Source: Bryobacterales bacterium (GTDB taxonomy: Bacteria; Acidobacteriota; Terriglobia; Bryobacterales; UBA6623). Taken from it: a DNA stretch of 64,000 nucleotides. Below are positions 33,430-43,410 of this stretch, piece after piece. Within the stretch, counting starts at the first letter, position 1, and each line of letters starts with the position of its first letter. The DNA is taken from NCBI GenBank assembly GCA_965238045.1, contig CBDEGU010000010.1:237627-301626 (forward strand), given 5' to 3'. The notes under the pieces are model-generated. The model did no database searches. It was not told the DNA's origin and was given only the letters and a program-made list of their open reading frames with translations. The translations under genes and the position numbers were made by a program.

Positions 33430-34824
33430 ATGACGGCAAGCCGGCTTGGAGAAAACCTCTGCGAGGCAACAGCCCGATCACGGCCCGCAACCCGCCTTTG
33501 GTTGATCCCGCTAGTGCTGTTGGCGGCTCTTTCCGCTCTGCTCCGGCTCGCAGCCCAAAGCCCGGCCCAAACCCCGCCGAATATCATCTGGATCTGGGCC
33601 GACAACCTGGCCTACGGAGACCTCGGCGTCTCCGGAAGCGACCGCGTCCGCACACCGGTGATTGACGGTCTGGCCGCCGGTGGCGTCCGGCTGACGCAGT
33701 ATTACATTGCTCACGCGGTTTGCAGCCCCTCCAGGGCGGCACTGCTCACCGGACGGCAGCCGTTTCGAGTGGGGATCGTGGACGTGCTCCGCCCCGACAG
33801 CCCCAGCGGTCTCCCCGCCAGCGAGATTACGCTCGCCGAAGCGCTGCGCGAGCGAGGCTACGCCACCCAGGCCATCGGCAAATGGCACCTCGGCGACCGC
33901 CGGGAGTTCCTGCCTCCGCAACACGGCTTCGACCACTATTTTGGCCTGCCCTACAGCATGGATATGTTGCCCACCGTGCTCTACCGCGACAACGAGATCA
34001 TCGACCGGCTCGGCGGCGACAAGGTCCAGGATGTGACCATCCGCCTGACCGACGAAGCCATCCGATTCGTCGAGTCCAATCACGAGAGGCCGTTCTTCCT
34101 GTACTTCTCGCATACCATCCCGCACCCCCCGCTCAATCTGCCCGACAGCGCGCGAACGGCGGGGCGTCCCATCTACGACGACGCCATCGAGCACATGGAC
34201 CAGCAAACGGGCCGCTTGATCGACACTCTCGACCGCCTCGGCATCCGCGAGAATACGCTGGTCATCTTCACCAGCGACAACGGACCCATGAACCGCGGGG
34301 GCGACACCGGCGGATTGCGCGGCCGCATCCGCGACTCCTATGAAGGAGGCATACGGGTGCCCTTGATCGCCAATTGGCCGGGGACGATTCCTCCCGCCCG
34401 GCGCGTGGATACTCCCGCGATCGCCTACGACATTTTCCCGACGCTTCTGCGCCTGGCCGGCGCCCAGCTCCCCGCCGACCGCGTCTACGACGGCCAGGAC
34501 ATCACCCCGCTGCTGACCGGGCAGGGCGGTTTCCGTCGCCAGAAACCCTTTGTGTGGGTCTACCTCGACAACGTCACCGCAATCCGCGACGGCCGCTGGA
34601 AGCTGCACGTAGCGCACCGCGACAAACAACTAGAACCCGCCGAACTCTACGACCTCGCCGCCGATCCGGGGGAAACGCGGAACCTCCAGGCCGAACACCC
34701 CGACGTAGTAAGGCGGCTGAAGCTGAGCCTGGGCCGGGTACAGAAGGAAATCCCCAAGGTATGGAGTCTGCGGTATCCGGTGCGCGACCCGGCAAAACGG
34801 CCCGGCGGCGTTCGCCGCAAGTAG
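33430..34824 (+). CDS. arylsulfatase (formylglycine-dependent sulfatase family)
   Basis: 464 aa. Signal region. CSPSRAALLTGR (C-x-P-x-R). GKWHLG. Confidence 0.9.
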   Translation: MTASRLGENLCEATARSRPATRLWLIPLVLLAALSALLRLAAQSPAQTPPNIIWIWADNLAYGDLGVSGSDRVRTPVIDGLAAGGVRLTQYYIAHAVCSPSRAALLTGRQPFRVGIVDVLRPDSPSGLPASEITLAEALRERGYATQAIGKWHLGDRREFLPPQHGFDHYFGLPYSMDMLPTVLYRDNEIIDRLGGDKVQDVTIRLTDEAIRFVESNHERPFFLYFSHTIPHPPLNLPDSARTAGRPIYDDAIEHMDQQTGRLIDTLDRLGIRENTLVIFTSDNGPMNRGGDTGGLRGRIRDSYEGGIRVPLIANWPGTIPPARRVDTPAIAYDIFPTLLRLAGAQLPADRVYDGQDITPLLTGQGGFRRQKPFVWVYLDNVTAIRDGRWKLHVAHRDKQLEPAELYDLAADPGETRNLQAEHPDVVRRLKLSLGRVQKEIPKVWSLRYPVRDPAKRPGGVRRK

Positions 34825-34984
34825 ACCCGGCTGGAACCGCCGCGCACGGATGGCAAATCGGGCACCGCCGCCGGAGCCGAAGCGGCCTGTTTCGGCTCCC
34901 GCCGCGCGGTGTTATCTGCGCTACTATCGTGGTGGTATTTGAAGGGGCGACGGTTTCAAGGAGCATAGATCTCAAGGGGCGCAG

Positions 34985-35581
34985 ATGAAAATTCCAGAGT
35001 TTGCCCGCCAGAACGCCGCTCTCGTCGCCGGCATCAGCCTGCCGATCGTGGTTGTCGTCTTCTTCCTGCTCGCCACTTCGGTCCCGCGCTTGCTCGTCGA
35101 CCCGCCACGGCACGATTTCCTCTTCGTCCAAAACGACGCCTATAGCGCCGACCGGTCTCGACTGCGCCACGAGATCGACATCGACGAAAACCACCACCTT
35201 CGTATCAGGGCTTTCCTCCGGCGGAAAGACCAGTACGCGCCCGGCGCTCGGCTGTTCGTGTTCGAGCACGAGACGGCCAATGTCCGCGAGATCAGCCTGC
35301 CGATCCCCGAGATTGCCGAGGGAACAGAAACCGGCGTCATGGTCGAGGTTCCCGCTCTCAAGGATCGATTTATCGACACCCATCGCATCGCGCCCGATGG
35401 CTACGAGGTGATCGACCCGGGCAGCAACCGCTACGGCCTGTTTGGGTTGTTCTATGGCCGCAACCGGCGCGGCCTGTCCTATGGCAAGAACGGCGCCGTG
35501 TTCCCGGTACCGGCCAGCCGTGACAGCTACGGATATGGAACACGCTTTCTGGGCTGGATCATCACGCCGCCCGGCCAGTAG
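34985..35581 (+). CDS. membrane-anchored hypothetical protein
   Basis: 198 aa with a single N-terminal TM segment (LVAGISLPIVVVVFFLLA). 6 nt before the next gene. Confidence 0.5.
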   Translation: MKIPEFARQNAALVAGISLPIVVVVFFLLATSVPRLLVDPPRHDFLFVQNDAYSADRSRLRHEIDIDENHHLRIRAFLRRKDQYAPGARLFVFEHETANVREISLPIPEIAEGTETGVMVEVPALKDRFIDTHRIAPDGYEVIDPGSNRYGLFGLFYGRNRRGLSYGKNGAVFPVPASRDSYGYGTRFLGWIITPPGQ

Positions 35582-35587
35582 ACCGCC

Positions 35588-36517
35588 ATGACAGCGAAGC
35601 AGAACGCACTCCAGGAAATCGCGGCCATCGCCAGCCAGCACGATCTAACCCCCGCCGAAGTCCTTGCCGCGCTTCCCTCATCGGGGACAGACAGCGGCGA
35701 CAAGCAGTCCTCGATCCTGACCCGCCTGCTCGGCTATCTCGGCGGCATCTTCGTATTCGCCGGACTCGCCATCTTCATCACCATGCAGTGGGACGGCATG
35801 AATGCCCTGGCCCGCGTCGTCGTGACGCTCGGGTCGGGCATGGCGGCCTTTGTGATGGCCGTGACCGGCGCCCGAGACGAGCGTTTTGCGAAGGCAGCGA
35901 CGCCTTTGTTCCTGCTCGCCGCCCTGCTACAGCCGACTGGAATTCTCGTTGCCCTCGACGAGTTCTCCACCGGCGGCAACGAGCGCTACGCGGTGCTGCT
36001 CGCCACCGGCGTCATGCTAGTCCAGCAGGGCGCGATCTTCTGGACCACCCGCCGCACCGCACTGCTATTCCTTACCCTGTGTTTCGCAATCTGCTTCTGC
36101 GGAACCGCCATGGATCTGATCGGCTTGGATGGCGACCTGATCGTCTTCACCCTTGGAGCATCGGTGCTGCTGCTCTCCCGCTCCATCGACCAATCCCTTC
36201 ACGAGGCGATGGCCCCGTTCTGGTACTTCGTCAGCTCGGCGGCCATGCTCGGGGCGCTGTTTTCGCTGCTGGAAGAAACGCCGCTGGAGATCCTGTTTCT
36301 GGGAGCCGCCTGCGGTCTGGTCTTCGTGAGCACCTGGGTCAAGAGCCGTACGCTGCTGCTGGCCGGCACGGTAGCGATCCTGAGCTACATCGGCTATTTC
36401 ACGTCCGAGAACTTCGCCGCCGCGGTAGGCTGGCCCATCGCGCTCATGCTCTTCGGACTGCTCCTCATCGGCCTAAGTGCCCTGGCCTTCCGCATCAACC
36501 GCAAATACATCGCCTAG
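35588..36517 (+). CDS. polytopic integral membrane protein (DUF2157-like)
   Basis: 309 aa with multiple hydrophobic segments after a soluble N-terminal roughly 45 aa. Confidence 0.6.
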   Translation: MTAKQNALQEIAAIASQHDLTPAEVLAALPSSGTDSGDKQSSILTRLLGYLGGIFVFAGLAIFITMQWDGMNALARVVVTLGSGMAAFVMAVTGARDERFAKAATPLFLLAALLQPTGILVALDEFSTGGNERYAVLLATGVMLVQQGAIFWTTRRTALLFLTLCFAICFCGTAMDLIGLDGDLIVFTLGASVLLLSRSIDQSLHEAMAPFWYFVSSAAMLGALFSLLEETPLEILFLGAACGLVFVSTWVKSRTLLLAGTVAILSYIGYFTSENFAAAVGWPIALMLFGLLLIGLSALAFRINRKYIA

Positions 36518-36676
36518 CAGCCCGCGATGCCGGCGAAAATCGGCGAGCCGTCCCCCGATCGCATCTCCATCGCTCCCTGCCAGAGAGCCCGGCGCGAAAA
36601 TCGTTGGCAAGAACCTTCTGCCGGTGTTTCCATCTGGGGTCACGCCCTCCGATGCGCGCTAGAATGTACTCGGATC

Positions 36677-37633
36677 ATGTTGCAACATCTCGGCAACCGC
36701 TATCGCGGCGCACTGTGCGGTCTGGCGGCCGGAGACGCTCTTGGCGCGCCGTATGAAGGTTTGCCGCCGGGCTCGTTCGAGGTCGGCCAAGAGATGGCTG
36801 GCGGCGGAGCCCACGGCCTCGAGCCGGGCCAATGGACCGACGACACCGCCATGGCGTTGTGTCTGGCCTCGAGTTTGTTGGAGTGCAGGGGCTTTGACGC
36901 CGGCGATCAGATGGACCGCTATGTTCGCTGGCTCCGGGAAGGCTACATGAGCAGCAGCGGACGGGCTGTTGGCGTGGGCCGCACGGTCCGGTCATCCATC
37001 GAACGGTATCAGGCAACCGGCGACCCCATGGCGGGATCGAGCGATCCGCGCTCGGCCGGCAACGGCTCTTTAATGCGGCTGGCCCCGGTTCCGATGTATC
37101 TGCTGCATGACGGCACGCGCGCCAAGGAGATCGCCGCGCGAACATCGCGTACCACCCACGCGGCCACCGAAGCGGTCGATGCCTGCCGCTATCTGAGCGG
37201 CCTGATCGTCGGCGCCCTGCGGGGCGAGTCGAAAGAAAACTTGCTCTCGGATCTGTATTCTCCCGTCTATAATTATTGGTTTTTTCAAGACTTCGCCCTT
37301 GCCCCGGCGATTGACGCGATTGCCCGCGGCGTCTACAAGACGAAGAACGCCTCCGAGCTGCCGGCGACGGGCTATGTGGTCGATACCCTCGAGGCGGCAC
37401 TGTGGGCTTTCTATCAGACAGACACCTTCGAGGAGGGCGCGCTGCTGGCGGTGAGTTTGGGGAACGACACCGACACGACCGCCGCGGTGTACGGACAATT
37501 GGCCGGGGCCTGCTATGGTTATGAGGCGATCCCGCGATCGTGGCGCGCAAAAATTGCGCAACTTGAGATGATTGAGAAAATCGCCGACTCGCTGCTGCGG
37601 GAAACCAAGCAGAGTATTCGGCACTTTACCTGA
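36677..37633 (+). CDS. ADP-ribosylglycohydrolase family protein
   Basis: Start at ATG 36677 (MLQHLGNRYRGALCGLAAGDALGAPYEG). C-terminal GNDTDTTAAVYGQLAGACYG. Confidence 0.85.
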   Translation: MLQHLGNRYRGALCGLAAGDALGAPYEGLPPGSFEVGQEMAGGGAHGLEPGQWTDDTAMALCLASSLLECRGFDAGDQMDRYVRWLREGYMSSSGRAVGVGRTVRSSIERYQATGDPMAGSSDPRSAGNGSLMRLAPVPMYLLHDGTRAKEIAARTSRTTHAATEAVDACRYLSGLIVGALRGESKENLLSDLYSPVYNYWFFQDFALAPAIDAIARGVYKTKNASELPATGYVVDTLEAALWAFYQTDTFEEGALLAVSLGNDTDTTAAVYGQLAGACYGYEAIPRSWRAKIAQLEMIEKIADSLLRETKQSIRHFT

Positions 37634-37634
37634 C

Positions 37635-38258
37635 ATGCCAGAAGTCCTCCAACAAGCCAGCTCCGTGGCCAGGCGCAGCCCGCGGACGATGATCAGCCAG
37701 GTCTTCTCCGTGCCAAATCAGCTCACCATGCTGCGCATGCTGCTGCTGCCGTTCGTGCTCATATCGATGATCTACCTGCGGCACGACATCGCCTTGGGGC
37801 TGTTTTTCGCCGCGGCGGTCACTGATGTCATTGACGGCCTGGTGGCAAGACATTTCAATCAAAAGACCGCGCTCGGCGAGTTCCTGGATCCGATCGCTGA
37901 CAAACTGCTGCTCAGTTCCTGTTTTGTCGTGCAATCTCTGATCGGCGTGCTGCCCTGGTGGATCACGATTTTCGTTCTCCTGCGAGATGTGATGATCATC
38001 TCGACCGCTCTGGTGGTCGTTCTCACCACCTCGGTGCGGGACTTTCCGCCCAGCGCGGTGGGGAAGGCAAATACCATCGTGCAGGTGGCTACCATCTTGT
38101 CGGTGCTGATCGGCAATGTCTGGCCCGAGAGCTGGCCCCACGCCCTGACGACGCTGCTGATCTGGGTGGCGGCGGCAACGACCGTGATGAGCGCGGTTCA
38201 CTACGCTCTCGAGACCTCGCGCCGAGTCAACAGCCACGATGCGGGCGCCGCGGGCTGA
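37635..38258 (+). CDS. pgsA: CDP-alcohol phosphatidyltransferase (PgsA-like)
   Basis: DGLVARHFNQKTALGEFLDPIADK matches the D-G-x2-A-R-x8-G-x3-D-x3-D motif. ATG at 37635 is 1 nt after the preceding stop. Confidence 0.85.
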   Translation: MPEVLQQASSVARRSPRTMISQVFSVPNQLTMLRMLLLPFVLISMIYLRHDIALGLFFAAAVTDVIDGLVARHFNQKTALGEFLDPIADKLLLSSCFVVQSLIGVLPWWITIFVLLRDVMIISTALVVVLTTSVRDFPPSAVGKANTIVQVATILSVLIGNVWPESWPHALTTLLIWVAAATTVMSAVHYALETSRRVNSHDAGAAG

Positions 38259-38324
38259 CAAACCGCGAGCGTGCCGCCTGGTTGACGCCGAAAAACCGTC
38301 GCGCTACGCTTAGGATGTTTCGAG

Positions 38325-38891
38325 ATGACTCGCTATCGCGCATCGGGCCATTACATGCGGGCCAGCATCGTTTCCGCGATCTTGGCGATTTTTTCAGCCT
38401 GGTGCGGAACGCGCTGGGGCTACGCATTTATCCCGTCCGGTTTGTTCGTTCTCAGCTCGGTCTTGCTTGCCTATATCGGCACGCGCCCCGACATTGAGGT
38501 GCATGAGACCCAGATGCGAATCGGCGACCGGCTGGTGGGCTGGGGCGATATTGCGCGCATTGATTCCACCGCCTGGGTCGCGCCGCTGATCTTGAACCTG
38601 ACGCTGCGTGGCGGCAGCCGATTTCGCCTCGTCTATCCGGGCGACGCCGAGTCTTCGGCGCGGCTGCTGCGGCACCTCAGAGGGATGGCAACCAGAGCCT
38701 TGCTCGATGGGGTTCCCTATCAGCAATATTGGGGTGCAGTTCTAACCCCAGACGCCTCGGGCCGTCAAGCCGCGGAGACGCATCGCCTGCTGCGGCCCGA
38801 AGACGAGGCGGAGGTGGAAGAGCTCTATCGGCAACTCAAGTCCGTCGGACGTCTGGACGGCCCGTCATCGGCCGGCGACCGCAAGAAGTGA
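38325..38891 (+). CDS. hypothetical membrane protein
   Basis: 188 aa with two N-terminal TM segments, then a soluble domain. No family call. Confidence 0.5.
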   Translation: MTRYRASGHYMRASIVSAILAIFSAWCGTRWGYAFIPSGLFVLSSVLLAYIGTRPDIEVHETQMRIGDRLVGWGDIARIDSTAWVAPLILNLTLRGGSRFRLVYPGDAESSARLLRHLRGMATRALLDGVPYQQYWGAVLTPDASGRQAAETHRLLRPEDEAEVEELYRQLKSVGRLDGPSSAGDRKK

Positions 38892-38993
38892 AAGCCGCAC
38901 CGGCCGCGATGTCTTCGCCAAGAGACGCGGGTGGTTCGCTTCGCCGGTGACCGGTCCGCCCGCGCCCGGCGGCGGCGGTAATTCCCAAACGCC

Positions 38994-39602
38994 GTGATGG
39001 CATCCATGAAGCCGCCCCGCCGCCTGCTGATGACTTTGCTGCTCGCTTCCGCGGTGGCCCTATTGTATGTTTCCGGTCCGTACTATCTGCCCGCCGTGGG
39101 TTCGTTTCTGATCAAGACCGATCCGCTCGAAGAGGCGGAGATTGTCGTGGTCCTGGCCGGCGACGGAAGCGGACACCGCATCATGAAAGCGGTGGAACTG
39201 GTCGAGCAGGGATACGCGCCCCTCGTGCTTGTCGATGGACCCCTGCGGCACTATGACTTTAGCGAGGCGGCTCTGGCCATCGAATTCGCCGCGCGGCGCG
39301 GCGCGGCGAGAGAGATTCTGGAAGCATTTCCGATCCTGGCGTCCTCGACCCAAAGCGAGGCTGAGATGGTTGACCAAGAACTGCGGCGGCGCGGAATACG
39401 CAAAGCCCTCGTGGTTACTTCCGATTTCCATACGCGGCGCGCGAGAAATCTATTCCGGAAGCGAACTTCCGGCCTCGTCGCCTACCGTGTCGTGGCGGCT
39501 CGCTATCCCGGTTTCCACCCAGAAAGTTGGTGGCGCAGCCGGTTCGGCCTGAAGGTAGTATTCCTGGAGTATATAAAGACCGCGGCCTCCTGGCTGGAGT
39601 GA
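38994..39602 (+). CDS. DUF218 / YdcF (SanA/ElyC-like) family protein
   Basis: 202 aa. N-terminal TM. VVVLAGDGSGHRIMKAVELVEQGYAPLVLVDG typical of DUF218. Confidence 0.7.
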   Translation: MMASMKPPRRLLMTLLLASAVALLYVSGPYYLPAVGSFLIKTDPLEEAEIVVVLAGDGSGHRIMKAVELVEQGYAPLVLVDGPLRHYDFSEAALAIEFAARRGAAREILEAFPILASSTQSEAEMVDQELRRRGIRKALVVTSDFHTRRARNLFRKRTSGLVAYRVVAARYPGFHPESWWRSRFGLKVVFLEYIKTAASWLE

Positions 39603-39616
39603 CAAGCCCCTTCCCG

Positions 39617-41362
39617 ATGTTTTCCACATTGCGCGCGATTACCCCCTATCTGGTCCGCTACCGCTGGCGCTACGCGCTGGGGCTGGCGGCGCTGGTTCTG
39701 AAAACTTTGGGCTCGGCCGCGTTTCCCGTTATTGTCGGAATGACCATCGATTCACTGCATTCCGGGGCCAGCCTGACGAACTTGTACTGGTGGATCGCCG
39801 TCCTGCTGGCGGTAGCGTTATTTCGGGCCGTGTGTCAGCACTACCGGCAGTGGATCCTGCAGTCCATCAGCCGCGATATCGAATTCGATATGCGGAATGG
39901 TTTTGTTCGCCGTCTGTTGAGTTTCTCGCCGCGTTTCTACGGCGCCTACCACACCGGTGACCTGATGTCGCGCGCGACCAGCGACATGGAAGCCGTACGG
40001 TTGATGGCCGGCTCCGGGGCGATGTATTTTTTTGAGTTCTGCCTGCTCTTCGCGGTCGCGGTCGCGGTGATGAGCGCGACCGACTGGCGGCTGACCCTGC
40101 TGGTCTTCGTTCCCATCCCCGTGATTTCACTTACCGTCAGCTACTTTGGGCGCCGGATTCACGACGGCTTCCAGGCCGTCCAGGCGCGTCTGGCTGGCAT
40201 TAGTTCTCTGGCCCAAGAGACGCTTCGTCATATTCGAGTTCTCAGGGTCTTCGGGCGGCAGCGCCACTGCTCGGAACGTTTCCATGACCGCAGCCAGAGC
40301 TATGTCCGCGAGAACCTCAAGCTCGCCGCCCTTTGGTCCCGCTTCTTTCCCGCGCTCGAGGTTCTAATCGGTTTCATCTACGTCGCCGTGCTCTGGTACG
40401 GAGGCCGGCGCGTGCTCGATGGCTCGATCACGCTGGGTTCCTTTGTGATGTTTCTGGTCTATGTGAATCTGCTCTCGTGGCCGATCATCGGCCTTGGTTG
40501 GGTCACGAATCTCTTGCAGCGCGGCACCGCCTCGCTGGGGCGGCTCAATGAAATTCTCGCTCAGGAGCCTGATGTCGCCGACGCCGGCCAGGCGTCTCCC
40601 CTGTGGGATATCCGGGGCGATATCGAATTTCGCGGCGTCAGCTACACATATCCTGGCGCGCATCAACCGGCGGTCGATCAGATTCAGCTCTATATTCCCG
40701 CGGGAGAGACCCTCGCCCTGATGGGCGCCACCGGAAGCGGCAAGACAACGCTGGTGAAACTTATCGCCCGCCTAATGGATCCTCAACGGGGAAACATCCT
40801 CATCGACGGCATCGACGTGCGCCAAGCGCCCCTGGAGGTCCTGCGGCGCTCCATCGGCTTCGTGCCGCAAGACACCTCGCTGCTGGCCCGTCCGATTCGG
40901 GATAACATCGCCCTGGGCGTGCCCGAAGCCGCTGACTGGGAGATTATCGAGGCCGCTGAAATGGCCGAAGTGGCCGCGGAAGTGCTCGCCTTCCCCGACC
41001 GCTTCGAAACCGAAGTCGGCGAGAAAGGCGCGACTCTCTCGGGCGGACAAAAACAAAGAACGGCGATTGCCCGCGCGCTGCTCAAGAAACCTCGCATCCT
41101 CATCTTGGACGATCCTGCTTCGAGCGTGGACGCGGATACCGAGGAGCGTATCCTCGGGAACCTGCGGCCGATGATGCGGAATCGAACAACCCTGCTCATC
41201 TCCCACCGGATCTCCGCCGCAAAGCTCGCTAGCAGGATCGCCGTTCTCAGCGGCGGCCGCATCGTCGAGCTCGGCACGCACGAGGAACTGCTCGCTCTCG
41301 ATGGCCACTACCGCCGGCTGCATGACATTCAGCTTCTGGAAGAGGAGTTGAAACGTGCCTGA
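39617..41362 (+). CDS. ABC exporter, fused permease/ATPase (MsbA/multidrug type), subunit 1
   Basis: Start at ATG 39617. Six-TM region. Walker A GATGSGKTT, signature LSGGQKQR, Walker B ILILDD. Confidence 0.9.
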   Translation: MFSTLRAITPYLVRYRWRYALGLAALVLKTLGSAAFPVIVGMTIDSLHSGASLTNLYWWIAVLLAVALFRAVCQHYRQWILQSISRDIEFDMRNGFVRRLLSFSPRFYGAYHTGDLMSRATSDMEAVRLMAGSGAMYFFEFCLLFAVAVAVMSATDWRLTLLVFVPIPVISLTVSYFGRRIHDGFQAVQARLAGISSLAQETLRHIRVLRVFGRQRHCSERFHDRSQSYVRENLKLAALWSRFFPALEVLIGFIYVAVLWYGGRRVLDGSITLGSFVMFLVYVNLLSWPIIGLGWVTNLLQRGTASLGRLNEILAQEPDVADAGQASPLWDIRGDIEFRGVSYTYPGAHQPAVDQIQLYIPAGETLALMGATGSGKTTLVKLIARLMDPQRGNILIDGIDVRQAPLEVLRRSIGFVPQDTSLLARPIRDNIALGVPEAADWEIIEAAEMAEVAAEVLAFPDRFETEVGEKGATLSGGQKQRTAIARALLKKPRILILDDPASSVDADTEERILGNLRPMMRNRTTLLISHRISAAKLASRIAVLSGGRIVELGTHEELLALDGHYRRLHDIQLLEEELKRA

Positions 41363-43208
41363 GGGCGGCCACCGGAAACGGACGGGCGCCCGGGCCGAAG
41401 GGGCGGTCACCGGAGGGGGACGGGCGCCGCTGGGCCGGCTGCTCGAATACCTGCGGCCCTACCGCGGCTCGGTGGCGGCCTCCGCGGGTCTGCTGATGGT
41501 CCACTCCCTGCTGGAAGTCGCCGGGCCCTATCTCACCAAGGTCGCGGTCGACCGTTATTTAAGTCCGGCCGGCGGCGAGCGCTCTCCGCTGGGCCCATGG
41601 CTGAGTGACCATGCGCTCGAAGGCCTTGACCAACTGGCGATCCTGTACCTTGCCGTCCTGGCCCTGGGATTCGTCTCGCGCTATTGGCAGATCTGGTGGA
41701 TGCACAACACAGGGCAGCGGGCCGTGCACGACCTGCGCGTGCGTGTTTTCGCCCATCTGCGGCGGATGAGCGCCAGCTACTACGACCAGCAGCGGGTCGG
41801 CAAGCTGGTCACGCGCGTGACCAGCGACGTCGGAGCGCTCAATGAACTATTTACCTCGGGCGTCGTCGCGATTTTCGGCGACTTGCTGACGCTGGTCGCC
41901 ATCTTTGGCGCCATGCTGTACCTCAGCCCCTCGCTGACGCTTGTTCTGCTGGCCGTGGCGCCGCCGATCGTGCTGTTGATGCTGTGGTTTCGAACCCGTG
42001 CGCGGGCCGCTCATCGCGACATCCGGGGAGCTCTTGGGACCATGAACGCGTTCCTCGAAGAGCACATCTCGTCCATGACGCTCATTCAGCTATTCTCCCA
42101 CGAGCGCCTCAGCTACGACGAGTTTCAGGGCATCAACACCCGCCATCGCGATGCCGAAAAGCGGGCTCTGCATGCCAGTTCTTTCTTTTTTCCCGGAATC
42201 GAACTCATGGGGTCGGTCGCCATTGCGGTCTTGCTGTTCTACGGGGGCTGGCGGGTGATCGGCGGCACTCTGGAGCTCGGCGTCATCGTGGCGTTTCTCC
42301 AATATGGCGCCCGTGTGTTCCGCCCCTTGCAGGATCTCAGCGGGAAATACAACGTGCTACAGGCGGCCATCGCGAGCAGCGAGCGAATTTTCGCCGTGCT
42401 CGACACTCCGGCGCAAGAACCCAGCGACACCACGCCGGCGAGCGAAGACGGCCCGGCCGCTGTCGCCGATCCGCGCATTGAATTTCGCAACGTGTGGTTC
42501 GCTTATCGCGACCAGGACTGGGTGTTGCGTGACGTTAGTTTCTCGATCGAGCCCGGCGAGACCCTCGCCGTCGTCGGTCATACGGGCGCCGGCAAGACCA
42601 CGCTCACCAACTTGCTGCTGCGTTTCTATGACGCCCAGCGAGGCACGATCCTCGTCGGCGGTCTCGACATCCGGGAATGGGACCTGGAGCGGTTGAGGCG
42701 GCATTTCGGTGTTGTGCTTCAGGACCCCTGCATGTTCCGCGACAGCCTGGAATACAATATCAGCCTCGGCGACCCGGAGATTTCGATGGAGCGCGTGAAA
42801 CAAGTAGCACGCGAGGTCCACTTGGCGGAATTCGCCGAATCTCTCCCCAAGAAGTATCAGACGCCTCTCGACGAGCGCGGCGATTCGATTTCCTGGGGCC
42901 AAAAGCAGCTCGTGAGCTTCGCGCGGGCGTTAGTCCGCCGCCCTCGGATTCTGATACTGGATGAAGCCACCTCGAGCGTCGACAGTGAAACCGAACGCAA
43001 GATCCGCGATGCGATACCGCGTCTGACCAGCGGACACACCTCCATCGTCATCGCGCACCGGCTCTCCACGATCCAGCATGCCGACCGCGTACTGGTCTTG
43101 CACCACGGAGAAGTGCGGGAACTCGGCACGCACAAGCAGCTCCTGGAGAAACGGCGGATCTATTGGCGTCTTCACCAGTTGCAGTTCCGGCAGTCGCAGG
43201 CCGGCTAG
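41355..43208 (+). CDS. ABC exporter, fused permease/ATPase, subunit 2 (likely heterodimer partner)
   Basis: 8-nt overlap with subunit 1. Walker A GHTGAGKTT, degenerate signature ISWGQKQL, Walker B ILILDE. Confidence 0.9.
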   Translation: MPEGGHRKRTGARAEGAVTGGGRAPLGRLLEYLRPYRGSVAASAGLLMVHSLLEVAGPYLTKVAVDRYLSPAGGERSPLGPWLSDHALEGLDQLAILYLAVLALGFVSRYWQIWWMHNTGQRAVHDLRVRVFAHLRRMSASYYDQQRVGKLVTRVTSDVGALNELFTSGVVAIFGDLLTLVAIFGAMLYLSPSLTLVLLAVAPPIVLLMLWFRTRARAAHRDIRGALGTMNAFLEEHISSMTLIQLFSHERLSYDEFQGINTRHRDAEKRALHASSFFFPGIELMGSVAIAVLLFYGGWRVIGGTLELGVIVAFLQYGARVFRPLQDLSGKYNVLQAAIASSERIFAVLDTPAQEPSDTTPASEDGPAAVADPRIEFRNVWFAYRDQDWVLRDVSFSIEPGETLAVVGHTGAGKTTLTNLLLRFYDAQRGTILVGGLDIREWDLERLRRHFGVVLQDPCMFRDSLEYNISLGDPEISMERVKQVAREVHLAEFAESLPKKYQTPLDERGDSISWGQKQLVSFARALVRRPRILILDEATSSVDSETERKIRDAIPRLTSGHTSIVIAHRLSTIQHADRVLVLHHGEVRELGTHKQLLEKRRIYWRLHQLQFRQSQAG

Positions 43209-43410
43209 GAATCTGTGCCAGCGGATCTTCGCCGCCACACGATGAGGACTTGGACCTTCCGCGCGTCAAACCCGTTAAGATAAGAAACTCTCAAGATCTC
43301 CCGCCCCGCGCCCGCGGACAACTCGCCTCACTTTGGCTGGAGGGATCCGCTCTCTTTTGTGCTCCGGCCGGCACCGGTGGACGAGCTTCCCCGTTCGGAG
43401 AATGCCTTTC